Source: Minisyncoccota bacterium (GTDB taxonomy: Bacteria > Patescibacteriota > Minisyncoccia > Phycocordibacterales > UBA9973). Taken from it: a stretch of DNA of 52,013 bases. The notes beneath the pieces were generated by a model. The model was given only the letters and a program-made list of their open reading frames with translations. It was not told where the DNA came from and did no database searches. The position numbers were made by a program, and so were the translations under genes. Where the stretch lies: NCBI GenBank assembly GCA_041666225.1, contig JBAYHJ010000006.1, positions 1-52,013 of the forward strand, given 5' to 3'. Positions 9,349-19,841 of this stretch are shown piece after piece; positions within the stretch are counted from its first letter, which is position 1, and each line of letters begins with the position of its first letter.

Positions 9349-11134
9349 ACTTTAAGTTCTCATCAAATCCTCCTGACTGTATATCCCAAAGCCTTTTATA
9401 TATACCATTTTTATTATTTAGAAGTTCTTCGTGATTGTCGTCTTCTACTATCTTTCCATCTTCTATCACGATGATTCTATCCATCGCACGAACAGTCGAA
9501 AGTCTGTGAGCTATGACTATCGTTGTCTTGTTCTTTATCAAGTTTTGCAAAGCTTCTTGAATGAGCATTTCCGATTCAGAATCTAGAGCCGAAGTCGCTT
9601 CATCAAGCACTAATATCGGTGCATTTTTTAAAATCGCACGAGCAATAGCTACACGCTGACGCTCTCCACCTGAGAGCTTTATTCCACGTTCTCCTACATA
9701 AGTACCATAGCCAAGTGGTAGTTTGTCTATAAATTTATCACAATTAGCAAGTTGACTTGCTTCCTTTACTTCTTCATCTGTCGCATCACGTCTACCATAA
9801 CGAATATTTTCTAGAAGTGTTCTATGAAAGAGCGCTGGATCTTGAGGTACAAAGCCTATCTCTTCTCGTAGATTCTTTTGAGAGATATTACTTATATCTA
9901 CCCCATCAATCAGTATTTTTCCTGAAGTTAAGTTGAACAATCTCATAAGGAGATTCACAAAGGTCGACTTTCCTGCCCCAGAAGTTCCAACTATCGCAAG
10001 CTTTTGTCCTGCGGGAATAGTTAGAGAAAAGTCATCAAATACTTTTGTATTATTCTTATCATAAATATAAGTTACGCTATCAAATATTACTTCTCCTTTA
10101 GTATTCTTTAAAATTTGTATATCTTTTATATCATCCACACTATAAGGAATATTCATTATTAAGGCCATTTCTTGTGCATCAGCAAAAACATCATAGAAAG
10201 CACGAATAAGTCCAGCAAAACTCCAAAGAAGTTGAGTTAAACGACCCAAATATCCTTGAATCAAAACTATAATTGGCAAAGTCATAAGACCCAATTTCCA
10301 GTCACCGATTGCAGTCCAAAAAACAATAAATTCCATAACTAAAAAATAAAAACTCTGAATTGATCCAAGTCCTTCCCATAAATACCAATTAAAAACAGTG
10401 GCTCTTTTTTGTTCTTGTATTACTCCTCCAATTTTTATCTTTTCATGTTCATTACCAGCAAAAAGTTGAACAGAGGAATGATTACCTATTGAATCAGCTA
10501 ATGCACCTGTAGTTTTGGTATCAGAAAATGCAGCTATCACATCATATTTTAATTTAAGCTTTGTGTAAATTAAAGCTGTTAATAAAAACACAAAACAAAA
10601 AATGGCTAGTATGTATGCATATTTAGGTACAAGAGTATATATAGCTATCACAGTTCCTATAGATCTAACAACAAGAGGCAGTCCATCATTTACTAATTTT
10701 TCCATTAATCTCTCAAAAGCTCTAGCATATTTATTTATTTTCTGTGTAAGTGAACCTCCAAAATTATCAGCAAAGAATGAATGTGAATGCCCTATCATAT
10801 AAGAGAAAGCTTGCTCTCGAAGCCCTGCCATAACGTTAGCTTCAAAATATGAATTAAAAAATCCAACAATTCTTCTACTTACCCATTGAATAAAACCTAA
10901 AACAAAAACCATTACAATTATCTGCTGAGCCTTAACAACAAAATCAAAATTATTTGAACTTAACACATTCCAAAGCTTAAGAAACTGGAGTGGAATATAG
11001 ACATCAAGACCAGAAGTAATTATTGAAAAAAATATAACAACAAAAAACGATATTTTAAATCGCTTCATCACTTGCCAATAATATTTAATTACAAGCCCTC
11101 TATGTAAATTTGAATAGTCTTTTTCTTTATCCAT
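9341..11134 (-). CDS. ABC exporter, fused permease/ATPase (MsbA/ABCB-like)
   Basis: 597 aa. Six-TM N-terminal half, Walker A GTSGAGKST, signature LSGGERQR, Walker B ILVLDEATSALD. Confidence 0.9.
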   Translation of the reverse strand: MDKEKDYSNLHRGLVIKYYWQVMKRFKISFFVVIFFSIITSGLDVYIPLQFLKLWNVLSSNNFDFVVKAQQIIVMVFVLGFIQWVSRRIVGFFNSYFEANVMAGLREQAFSYMIGHSHSFFADNFGGSLTQKINKYARAFERLMEKLVNDGLPLVVRSIGTVIAIYTLVPKYAYILAIFCFVFLLTALIYTKLKLKYDVIAAFSDTKTTGALADSIGNHSSVQLFAGNEHEKIKIGGVIQEQKRATVFNWYLWEGLGSIQSFYFLVMEFIVFWTAIGDWKLGLMTLPIIVLIQGYLGRLTQLLWSFAGLIRAFYDVFADAQEMALIMNIPYSVDDIKDIQILKNTKGEVIFDSVTYIYDKNNTKVFDDFSLTIPAGQKLAIVGTSGAGKSTFVNLLMRLFNLTSGKILIDGVDISNISQKNLREEIGFVPQDPALFHRTLLENIRYGRRDATDEEVKEASQLANCDKFIDKLPLGYGTYVGERGIKLSGGERQRVAIARAILKNAPILVLDEATSALDSESEMLIQEALQNLIKNKTTIVIAHRLSTVRAMDRIIVIEDGKIVEDDNHEELLNNKNGIYKRLWDIQSGGFDENLKSI

Positions 11135-11196
11135 AAAACAAAGGGCTTTTCAGCCCTTTTGTAATTATACCATACTAGTGTGAATTTTCAAATTTG

Positions 11197-13134
11197 TTAC
11201 ATTTCGCTAAGTTTAAATCCCCTAACTAAAGATCCGAGTAAAATAGATAGTTTCATTGTCGCAACTCCAACAACCTTATCTCCCCCTCCATAATAAATAT
11301 ATAATAAATCCCCTTTCAATATCATTCCACAAGGAAAAACAACATTGTTTACTATTCCAACTTTTTCATATTCTTCTTCGGGTTCAAAGATAGCATCAGA
11401 CGAACGAGCAAGTACAATTGCGGGGTCTTTTAGGTCAAGCAACAAAACTCCCACCCTATAAGTATTATGACTCTTTGAAACTCCATGATAAAGTAACAGC
11501 CAGCCATATTTTGTTTTAATAGGTGGAGCTGATATCCCCACTTTTGAACTATCCCATGAATTTACCCGTGGACCAATAATCCGAATACATTTTTTAATAA
11601 CATCGCTATTAAAATCAAGAGAAGAAAGATAATCACCACAAATTTCATTTCCAACTCTATGAGCAACAAAGTATCCATCTTTTAGTTTTTCTGGGAAAAT
11701 ACAAGTATCTTTATCGTCGAATCCAGGAGGTGTGATAAGTGACGGTTTACTCCAGTTCCACTTATGAGAGAGAAAATCATTAGACGATATAGAAGAGACA
11801 GCAACTCGAGGAGGCCCTATACCATCATATGCGGTGTAACAAATATAAATATTTTTGCCTATCAAAACCATTCGTGGATCTTCACATCCAGAATTACCTG
11901 GAACTTTTTTCATTTCAAAATCTTCTCTAGGAATATAAATCGGGTCAGGCAACCTTTCAGAAATACTAAATCCATCATTGCTCGTTGCATACCCAATATA
12001 TGAAGTATCATCATCAGAAAGAGTGCGATATAAAATATGTATTTTATTTTTAAGATAAATAGCTGCTGGATTGAAAGTTGCTTTTGATTCCCACACATTA
12101 TCCTCCTTGGGAGTTATTATAGGATTTGTTAAACCACGCTTGAATCTCCAATCATCAGAAGTTTCAACATACATGCTTGAAATTAAATCTTTTAAACTAA
12201 TATAAGCAACACAAGTAGTGGTATCTGCTGCCCCATAATAAATACTTAGGGTATCTTTTTCGACTAGTGCTCCTGTTGGAAAAATGACGTTAGAAATATA
12301 TCCGGATAATTCATAAGATTCTTCTGGAGCTAATATTGGGCCCCTTGTCCTTCCAATTATTTTTGTTGGATCACTTGCATCAAGTAATAGTGCTTCTATT
12401 CCAAAAATGCGATCTAGATTTTCTGGGGACTGAAAATAATTTTGTATATGTGAATATATAAGGAGCCAACCATATTTAGTTTTAACTGGAGGTGTCCCAA
12501 CTTCTAGGTGATCGTAAGAATTGCGTCGAAAATCTACAGAGTGAGTTTCTATATTCTTTGTCCACTCTTTCCAAAAAGATTCGTCCCATAATTGTTCTAT
12601 CCTATCAAACTGCGCAATTGCCATTTTAGATGGTGGCATATCTGTATGAACCGAGAAAATAACTGTTATCTTTCCATTTATTCGTTCTGGAAAAAGAGTC
12701 ATCGCTTTTGCATTAAAAGGAGTTACCAAGTGACGTTCATCCGCATTTTTTAAATCTTTTGAAATAGCAACAGCAACTTTGATATTATCAGCATTAAAAG
12801 GATACCCTGATAGGGCAGTATAAAAAATATAATATTTCCCTTCAAAATAAGTCACTCTTGGATCTTCACACCCATGAATATCCCAAGATTCAGTAGGAAC
12901 AATAAATGGAGCTCTTTCTTCAAAATGAATTCCATCTTTACTTTTTCCAACCCCAATTATTGAGGTCTGTTGTTGGACTACTATTTTATCGACAGCAGAT
13001 ATGGCTCTATAAAATCCATAAATTGTTTTACCTTTTTTGATAGGACACATATTAAAAGTCGCAAACTCTTCCCAATAATGATCTTTATTGGGAATAAGAA
13101 TCGGATTGTGTTCTGACCTTTTTAATACATACAT
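11197..13134 (-). CDS. Tandem double-domain GH130-family glycoside phosphorylase/hydrolase
   Basis: 645 aa with two homologous halves. Each carries ...GCEDPR... and KYGWLL(I/L)YH...Y..G..LLD, as seen in GH130 beta-mannoside phosphorylases. Confidence 0.75.
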   Translation of the reverse strand: MYVLKRSEHNPILIPNKDHYWEEFATFNMCPIKKGKTIYGFYRAISAVDKIVVQQQTSIIGVGKSKDGIHFEERAPFIVPTESWDIHGCEDPRVTYFEGKYYIFYTALSGYPFNADNIKVAVAISKDLKNADERHLVTPFNAKAMTLFPERINGKITVIFSVHTDMPPSKMAIAQFDRIEQLWDESFWKEWTKNIETHSVDFRRNSYDHLEVGTPPVKTKYGWLLIYSHIQNYFQSPENLDRIFGIEALLLDASDPTKIIGRTRGPILAPEESYELSGYISNVIFPTGALVEKDTLSIYYGAADTTTCVAYISLKDLISSMYVETSDDWRFKRGLTNPIITPKEDNVWESKATFNPAAIYLKNKIHILYRTLSDDDTSYIGYATSNDGFSISERLPDPIYIPREDFEMKKVPGNSGCEDPRMVLIGKNIYICYTAYDGIGPPRVAVSSISSNDFLSHKWNWSKPSLITPPGFDDKDTCIFPEKLKDGYFVAHRVGNEICGDYLSSLDFNSDVIKKCIRIIGPRVNSWDSSKVGISAPPIKTKYGWLLLYHGVSKSHNTYRVGVLLLDLKDPAIVLARSSDAIFEPEEEYEKVGIVNNVVFPCGMILKGDLLYIYYGGGDKVVGVATMKLSILLGSLVRGFKLSEM

Positions 13135-13137
13135 ATA

Positions 13138-14322
13138 TTATTCAATTTCTCTTTTATTATTTTTGATTAATTTAAATTCTTTATCCTTCTTTAGATCATC
13201 AATTAATTCTTTTAATTTCATTGAGGCAACACAGACAAATTTATCAGCTCCACCATAATAAACAATCAGTTCTCCTTTTTTAACAACAGCACCACAAGAG
13301 TAAATTACTCCCCATTTATGTCCATTGTTTTCATAATCTTCTTCAGGTTCAAGTATTGGACTTTTTGATCTATATAAAATTTTTGTAGGGTCTTTCAAGT
13401 CAAGCAAAATTGCACCCATTCTATATCTATCAGGATTTTTATGATCCATTGCATGATAAAGAAGAAGCCAACCTTCTTTTGTTTTTATAGGGGAAGGGCC
13501 AATACCACGGAACCAACTATCCCAACTTCTACTTGGATCAATTGGTCTTGTATTATTACTTTTTATAAATTTTTTCCCATCAAACTCATCTAAATTATCA
13601 AAATAATCCACTAATATGTGGGGGTAAAAACTATGAATAATAGCAAATTTACCATTTATACGTTCTGGAAAAAGAACCCAGTTTTTATTAATTTCTCCTG
13701 GAGGAGAAATCATGACAGCTTTTTTCCAATTCCACTTTTTCTTTTTAAAATCTTCAAGTTTTATTGAGGTTAAAGCAAGTCGGACAGATCCCCATCCATC
13801 AAATGCTGTGAAAATCATATAAACAGTATCGTCTATCAATACAACTCTTGGGTCTTCACACCCACCACTCCAACCACCACCTGAGAGATAATCAATTTTA
13901 GGTAAATTCTCATTATAATTAAAAAATCTTTTATAGACATGATAAGTTGGTCTACCGTCGATATTTAAACCATCATGTGTATAGGCATAACCCAAAACAG
14001 ATGAATCATCCTCGCCTACTGCTCTATAAATAATATGAACAATACCATCATGCTCAAAAGCAGTTGGATTAAAAGTGGCCTTTGATTCCCATGGATAATT
14101 ACTCGGACTAATAATTGGGTTATGAGCGAGTTTTTTTAGTCTAATTGTTTCTCCTTCTTTCTTTACTATTTTTTTCTTTTTAATTAAAACTTTTGATTTC
14201 TTTACTATTTTTTTAGAAGAAGTTTTTTTTGTTTCTTTTTTAGCAACCTTAACAACCTTAGGTTTTTTATTTAAGTTTACTTTTTTTACTGCTTTTTTAA
14301 TTTTTTTCTTTTTCTCAATCAT
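13138..14322 (-). CDS. GH130-family glycoside phosphorylase with a roughly 60-aa lysine-rich N-terminal tail
   Basis: 394 aa. MIEKKKKIKKAVKKVNLNKKPKVVKVAKK... tail, then a GH130 core (GGCEDPRV, EGWLLLYHAMD, YRMGAILLD). Confidence 0.75.
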   Translation of the reverse strand: MIEKKKKIKKAVKKVNLNKKPKVVKVAKKETKKTSSKKIVKKSKVLIKKKKIVKKEGETIRLKKLAHNPIISPSNYPWESKATFNPTAFEHDGIVHIIYRAVGEDDSSVLGYAYTHDGLNIDGRPTYHVYKRFFNYNENLPKIDYLSGGGWSGGCEDPRVVLIDDTVYMIFTAFDGWGSVRLALTSIKLEDFKKKKWNWKKAVMISPPGEINKNWVLFPERINGKFAIIHSFYPHILVDYFDNLDEFDGKKFIKSNNTRPIDPSRSWDSWFRGIGPSPIKTKEGWLLLYHAMDHKNPDRYRMGAILLDLKDPTKILYRSKSPILEPEEDYENNGHKWGVIYSCGAVVKKGELIVYYGGADKFVCVASMKLKELIDDLKKDKEFKLIKNNKREIE

Positions 14323-14327
14323 AACAA

Positions 14328-14705
14328 TTAAACTCTCCCATATTTATCTTCATATCTAACTATATCTCCTTCATCAAACTCTCCAAAAGAAATCTCAAGA
14401 ATCTCAATACCATCCATCCCCGCTTTTATTTTATGCTTTGTCTTCAAAGGTACATATTGTTCACTCCCTACTTCAACTATAATCTTTTTATCTCCGACCT
14501 CAAAAATCCCATCTCCACTAATCACTCTCCAAAACTCTTCTCTCTTACTGTGACTTTGCAAACTGAGTTCTTCGTTTGAATTGATAGATACAATCTTTAC
14601 TGTTGAAGCTTTATTGTCTGTAAATTTTCGAAAAAAACCCCACGGTCTTTCTTCTTCGTAAATATTAAGGTTGTCTTTAATTGTCATTTTTTTATTATAA
14701 CACAA
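14328..14705 (-). CDS. Cupin-type mannose-6-phosphate isomerase domain protein
   Basis: 125 aa. The cupin motif (ELSLQSHSKREEFWRVISG) resembles the type II PMI C-terminal domain. The start may be the M at 14687. Confidence 0.6.
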   Translation of the reverse strand: MCYNKKMTIKDNLNIYEEERPWGFFRKFTDNKASTVKIVSINSNEELSLQSHSKREEFWRVISGDGIFEVGDKKIIVEVGSEQYVPLKTKHKIKAGMDGIEILEISFGEFDEGDIVRYEDKYGRV

Positions 14706-14709
14706 TATG

Positions 14710-15486
14710 TTAGGCTATCCACTTTTTTATAATTTCTCTTGTTTCTGTTGGTCCAGAAACTTTTATACACTCTATACCTGCTTCATATGGAGAATAATCA
14801 TTACCCCCAGGAAATATTGCATCTCCCACAAAGACCATATCCCCTATGACCATTTCAAATTTATTAAGTAATCTAATTAATCCCTTTGCTTTATTAAAAC
14901 CTTTTGGCAAAAAATCGAGAGTAGTCATCCCTCCTATATTTATCTCAACTTCTGGCAACTTAGGTTTCAATATTTCTATTATTTCTTTTCTCTTTTTTTG
15001 ATCTGGGTCCCATGTACTTTTTTTATCAATTGAAGCATTCTGCCCCAAAGCTGACATTGAAATTTGAGTTATTCTATCTTCGACAACTTCATCACCCTCC
15101 ACTACATGGCCAATTCCATACTGACCAGAAGCAACAAATTCTCTAAGAATTGATAATGTTTTTTCTTTTGTCATAGGTGACATACCCTCTTCATCTGTCA
15201 TTACCCATTCATTTTGAGTTAAATCATATTGATAACGTCTACTTCCACTTGTTGGAAGTAATATTAAATTTCCATAAATTAAATTTTCATCCTCTTTACG
15301 AGGAGAAAAATATGGCAAAAATTGTTTTTTAAATTGATCAAAAGAACCTCCTGAAATAATTGCAACTTTTTTTTCTTTGACTAATTCACACAAAACACTT
15401 GTCATACTAGGACTAAGTGCTTGTTTACTTTCTGTCAAAGTACCATCTAAATCAAATGCTATAATTTTTTTTGATAAATTTATCAT
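14710..15486 (-). CDS. HAD-IIB hydrolase / phosphomannomutase-like
   Basis: FDLDGTLT motif I and GDAIFPGGNDY motif IV. The preferred start at 15486 gives an ATGA overlap with the upstream stop (the track ORF extends to 15507). Confidence 0.6.
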   Translation of the reverse strand: MINLSKKIIAFDLDGTLTESKQALSPSMTSVLCELVKEKKVAIISGGSFDQFKKQFLPYFSPRKEDENLIYGNLILLPTSGSRRYQYDLTQNEWVMTDEEGMSPMTKEKTLSILREFVASGQYGIGHVVEGDEVVEDRITQISMSALGQNASIDKKSTWDPDQKKRKEIIEILKPKLPEVEINIGGMTTLDFLPKGFNKAKGLIRLLNKFEMVIGDMVFVGDAIFPGGNDYSPYEAGIECIKVSGPTETREIIKKWIA

Positions 15487-16130
15487 TTTGTTTGTGTTGA
15501 TTTCCATGAAAGATAAGAAATTAAAATAAAAAAGAAAAAGAGTATTGTATATAATAATGCTTCAGTTAAATTATGATTACTCGTAAAAATTTCCCTTATT
15601 CCATTTAAAAAAGAAATCGGTTTTGCAAAAACATCCCAACTATTAAAGCGTAAAAATCGCCCTAAATACATACCAAAACTAGTAAAAAGAATCACAAACA
15701 CAAGAACAATTGAGGTCATTTTTTTTGAGTATTTTGTTATTAAAATTTGTTCCATATGATTAATTGAGTACATTCCCAAAAGAAGACCAACCCAAGCAGA
15801 ACTAAAAAGCAAAAAAGAATCGTATAGGGCAGGCACTGCTCGCACTTCTCCAATATGTATAAGGTCTGTAATTATGTATGGCGAGTTAGGAATAAGAATT
15901 AACCAAAAAATTCCACCTATCAAAAAAATTGTTTGGTTTAATTTTTTAATATTATTAGCCCTTAGAAGCAATGAACTTATAATAAAAGGAAGCAATGCTA
16001 AAAATATATTCCATAAAATATAAACAAACGAGACTTTATTCCAAATAAGAATACGTAAAATATTTAACACTACAGAAAGTGCAATAAGAAGAATTATGGA
16101 TTTAGAAATATTAATTTTAAAAAAATTCAT
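15483..16130 (-). CDS. DUF1361-like integral membrane protein
   Basis: 215 aa, multi-TM, with an LGRFLRFNSWD motif characteristic of DUF1361 as I recall it. Confidence 0.5.
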   Translation of the reverse strand: MNFFKINISKSIILLIALSVVLNILRILIWNKVSFVYILWNIFLALLPFIISSLLLRANNIKKLNQTIFLIGGIFWLILIPNSPYIITDLIHIGEVRAVPALYDSFLLFSSAWVGLLLGMYSINHMEQILITKYSKKMTSIVLVFVILFTSFGMYLGRFLRFNSWDVFAKPISFLNGIREIFTSNHNLTEALLYTILFFFFILISYLSWKSTQTK

Positions 16131-16131
16131 A

Positions 16132-16644
16132 TTATTTTTTATGTTTTTTATCTTTAATTTTTGCTAAAATACTTTTTTCTACCAACCAAGAAGAACTTTG
16201 AACTTTACCACCATGCCCGACATTAAAAACCATTTCTATTCCTAAATTTTTACATGTTTCTATGTCGTAATACAAAGAAGAATTTGGGTTCTTCGCATCT
16301 TCTTCGTTCCTATCTCCTCCATTGGCAAAAATGTGTGGTTTTATTTTTAACAATTCCCTACTTACACTCATTTCCCTCGGTCCTTCTGGATTTTCTCCAT
16401 GTTCACTTATAAATACTTTATCAACAGCAGAGAGCGCTTCGATTATTTCTTTACGCTCATGATCAGGCATAAACACATGTTTTCTTTTTTGTCTTTTCCA
16501 ATTATCATTATTTATTACCACCACTAATTTATCCCCTAATTTCTTCGCCTCATTAAACAATCGCACATGGCCAATGTGTATAGGGTCAAAACCCCCACTA
16601 ACCATAACTACTACTTTTTTTGATTTTACTTTACCATTTTTCAT
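16132..16644 (-). CDS. Cytidylyltransferase-fold nucleotidyltransferase (RfaE domain II / TagD-like)
   Basis: GGFDPIHIGHVRLF (HxGH motif). The preferred start MKNGKV at 16644 avoids overlap with mscL (the track ORF extends to 16692). Confidence 0.65.
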   Translation of the reverse strand: MKNGKVKSKKVVVMVSGGFDPIHIGHVRLFNEAKKLGDKLVVVINNDNWKRQKRKHVFMPDHERKEIIEALSAVDKVFISEHGENPEGPREMSVSRELLKIKPHIFANGGDRNEEDAKNPNSSLYYDIETCKNLGIEMVFNVGHGGKVQSSSWLVEKSILAKIKDKKHKK

Positions 16645-16661
16645 TAATATTATTATATCAT

Positions 16662-17060
16662 TTAACTCAATATAGATGTACAATAAGCACATTTTTTAGC
16701 ATCAATTGGTATTTCGCTTAAACATTCTCTACATTTCTTGGTCGTAGGATCAAGAGGTTTTTCTTTCCGAGTTTTTGAGATTAGAGTATTTATGGGTGTA
16801 ACTACAAAAAAATAGACAGCGGCGGCTACAATCACAAAAGCAATTAATGCGTTTATAAAATTACCATACATAAAACTGCTACCATTAATAGTAAAAAGTA
16901 ATCCTGAAAAATCTGGAGCTTTAAACATTGCACTAATTAATGGAGTTAGAATATCTTTAACTAGAGAATTAACGACTGTTCCAAAAGAAGCACCAATAAC
17001 AACTCCAACAGCCAGATCCACCACATTTCCACGAAGTATAAACTGCTTAAATCCTTTCAT
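16662..17060 (-). CDS. mscL: Large-conductance mechanosensitive channel with C-terminal zinc-ribbon
   Basis: MKGFKQFILRGNVVDLAVGVVIGASF is the canonical MscL N-terminus. The C-terminus is KKCRECLSEIPIDAKKCAYCTS. Confidence 0.9.
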   Translation of the reverse strand: MKGFKQFILRGNVVDLAVGVVIGASFGTVVNSLVKDILTPLISAMFKAPDFSGLLFTINGSSFMYGNFINALIAFVIVAAAVYFFVVTPINTLISKTRKEKPLDPTTKKCRECLSEIPIDAKKCAYCTSILS

Positions 17061-17107
17061 AAAATTTTATTAATTTAAAATTATTAATATATCAATTATA
17101 ACAAGAA

Positions 17108-17965
17108 TTACTCCAATTTAAAATTGACACTAGTTTTAAATATTTCTTTAGATTTAATCATTTTAGGATTATTAATCAAACCATTTATATCTCTCATTAC
17201 CGGCTCTACACAAAAAAAATCTTTGCCTGGCATAGACCAAACCCAAATTTTTTTATATTCTATCGGTGAATCAATTATCATTGTTCCTAAAGAAGGAATA
17301 ATTATTTTTATAACAGCATTTGGATCTTTTAATTTTGGATTATCAATAGAAACACCTTCTCCATTTGCCCATTTTTCTATTTGATCTTCAGCTTGATTAC
17401 CACCTTCAAAATCAAATTTAATATTTTTTTTCTCATCATTGGAGACTTTAAAATATGGATGCAATCCCATTGATACGGGCATCTCTTTTTCATTTTCTTT
17501 ATTTTCTATTTCTTGCCCTAAAGTAAAAGAGCCATCTTTTTCTAAATTCCCTGTTATTGAAAGACGAAAATTATAAGGGTACATCTTTTTTGTTTCTTCA
17601 TTAGAAGATAATGTTTCCTTAAACCCATCTCCCATTTTTTGACCTTGCCATTCTAGTTTTCGTGCGAAACCATGTTGTTCCAAATCTGGGTATAAAGAAT
17701 TTTCAGTCAAAGGACCAGCGTTTGGAAAAAGAATTGGAATTCCACCTTTAACATTTGTATTTTTATCCTTAAAAGTCTCTTCATCTAAATAAAGAACTTC
17801 TTTTCCGTTTAATTTCATTGAGTTTATGATTCCACCCCGAGAAGGACAAAAAGAAGCCTCGCTCTCAAAAGGACCTTTGATTGTTTCAATTATTTTTGGG
17901 ATATTTTTTTGTTCAAAGGAGTTTTCTTTCATAAGTATATTATACCACAAATAAAAATCATTCAT
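17108..17965 (-). CDS. Aldose 1-epimerase family protein (hexose-6-phosphate mutarotase-like)
   Basis: 285 aa with GGIPILFPNAGP and HGFAR motifs typical of the aldose epimerase superfamily. The start may be internal (MKENS at 17932). Confidence 0.65.
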   Translation of the reverse strand: MNDFYLWYNILMKENSFEQKNIPKIIETIKGPFESEASFCPSRGGIINSMKLNGKEVLYLDEETFKDKNTNVKGGIPILFPNAGPLTENSLYPDLEQHGFARKLEWQGQKMGDGFKETLSSNEETKKMYPYNFRLSITGNLEKDGSFTLGQEIENKENEKEMPVSMGLHPYFKVSNDEKKNIKFDFEGGNQAEDQIEKWANGEGVSIDNPKLKDPNAVIKIIIPSLGTMIIDSPIEYKKIWVWSMPGKDFFCVEPVMRDINGLINNPKMIKSKEIFKTSVNFKLE

Positions 17966-18053
17966 GATGATTTTTATTTGTTTGATTTGATATTAACAGA
18001 ACTTAGACTTTTATATTTAAAAGAAATATCCCAAGCCCTTGTAACACTATTAT

Positions 18054-19835
18054 TTAATATACTTCTTGCTGATAGCACTTCTCACAATATAATAAATCAT
18101 TTTCATTTATGTAATTTGTCTCAAATTCTACATTACAATGTTTACTTTCATGGGAATGAACAGTATTATTTTTATAAGAATTATTATCTGTGCCATCACC
18201 CGTACACTGACATTTTCTTTTTACTGTTTGTAACAAAGTTCTTTGTTTAAGACGCTCACCACTTCTACATTTAAAACAATATCTTGGTAACGGTAAATTC
18301 AACTTCCGATAAAACTGCAATTCTTCGGGAATTATTTTAAAAGCAGTAGTACATTGGTGGGAACAATTGCCATTACACATACATGAAATGGTCTCTGAAG
18401 TTATATCATTATTCACATCCTTTATGTCATCTGGCAAATCTTCAGATTTTAATGTTATTAAATAATTTCTATCTTTTGAATCTCTCCATAAATAATTTTC
18501 TTTTATTGCTTCTTCTTTACTTAAGGTGAAATATTCTATTGCAATAGTTTCATTATAAGCAAAAGGTGAAAATTCGGCTGGAAAAAATTCTCCATATTTA
18601 TAGATAATTCCCTTTTTACTGACATAAGGCATCTCATCCATATGTTTTTTTATTTTATTAACAAGTTCAAAATATTCTTCTTTTTTATATTGTTTATTGA
18701 AAATGCAATATTGTTTTTTCTTTAATCCTACACAACCAAACAGGTCAGATGACCCACTACACATATAAGAATACTCAATATCGTGAACATTTTCTTGAAC
18801 ATTATAACAAAACTTAATATTATTTACTCCTATCCCACAAGCCGAACACTCATAGACAAATCGAGCAGAATCGCCCCATGAAGTATAATCATAGCAATCC
18901 TTGCAACCAGGCAATTCTTGTAAATATTGACAATATTTAATATTTTCTCCTTCTCTGACAAGATCTGAATTTTTAATATTTTTTGAGTGGCTAATATAAT
19001 TACCACTTACATCCACATTTTGATAGCCTTCAATAAATTTTCTAGGAAATTTTTGCCAAAATGTTTTTGTTTCTTTCTTGATTTTTTCAAGACCTAAAAA
19101 TGAAGATAGGTTATATTCTTTTATTTTTTCTTTATATTCTTCTTTTGTATATTGTTTATTGTTTATATAATATTCTTTCTTTCTTAAACCAACACAACCA
19201 AAACAATCATGACAACCCACACAATTCAAGCAAAAAGCTAAATTAAAAGAACTCTCGCAGTGTGAAGAAAAAATGATATTAGAACAAGAAGTAAGCCAAA
19301 AACCTTCATAACATTTCTCACTTTTCCCACAATGAGAAGTATCAATACATTCCTTTAAAAAGGTCACTCCATTGCAATACATGCAATCTTCTCCATTCTT
19401 TCCATTGAAAGATAAATAACAATTTTTAGGGTCAGTAAAATTATTACAATAATCACTATTTACTCCATTTACTAAGTTCAAATTTTTTAGTGGTACAGAA
19501 TAAAGCAAATCACTAAATTGTTCAAAAAAGTTTTTAAAAAAATCATAATCTCGCCCATATTCCATCGAATCCCATTTATCAGAAAGCCAAACATCTTTTT
19601 CATATACTTTTACTGGAGAGTCAGGTGAAAAAGCTGAAAATATATCCTTGCCAGAAAAATCACTTTTTCTTTTAAATAAACTATTTTCATTTCTCCATGC
19701 CATTCTTCTCTGTGCACGACACAAATAACAAAAAGTTGGAGCTGGAACATTCATGTTCTCATAAAAAGAAAAATCATCTGGCTCAATAGTGAAATCTTGG
19801 TGACAGTTTTGGCAATTCTTTGTTTGTGAATTCAT
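18054..19835 (-). CDS. Cys-rich zinc-ribbon/repeat protein family, paralog 3
   Basis: Family N-terminus MNSQTKNCQNCHQDFTIEPDDFSFYENMNVPAPTFC and C-terminus YCEKCYQQEVY. I chose the start at 19835 (M10 of the track ORF) because TATAAT lies 6 nt upstream, as in paralog 4. Confidence 0.8.
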   Translation of the reverse strand: MNSQTKNCQNCHQDFTIEPDDFSFYENMNVPAPTFCYLCRAQRRMAWRNENSLFKRKSDFSGKDIFSAFSPDSPVKVYEKDVWLSDKWDSMEYGRDYDFFKNFFEQFSDLLYSVPLKNLNLVNGVNSDYCNNFTDPKNCYLSFNGKNGEDCMYCNGVTFLKECIDTSHCGKSEKCYEGFWLTSCSNIIFSSHCESSFNLAFCLNCVGCHDCFGCVGLRKKEYYINNKQYTKEEYKEKIKEYNLSSFLGLEKIKKETKTFWQKFPRKFIEGYQNVDVSGNYISHSKNIKNSDLVREGENIKYCQYLQELPGCKDCYDYTSWGDSARFVYECSACGIGVNNIKFCYNVQENVHDIEYSYMCSGSSDLFGCVGLKKKQYCIFNKQYKKEEYFELVNKIKKHMDEMPYVSKKGIIYKYGEFFPAEFSPFAYNETIAIEYFTLSKEEAIKENYLWRDSKDRNYLITLKSEDLPDDIKDVNNDITSETISCMCNGNCSHQCTTAFKIIPEELQFYRKLNLPLPRYCFKCRSGERLKQRTLLQTVKRKCQCTGDGTDNNSYKNNTVHSHESKHCNVEFETNYINENDLLYCEKCYQQEVY

Positions 19836-19841
19836 ATGTAA

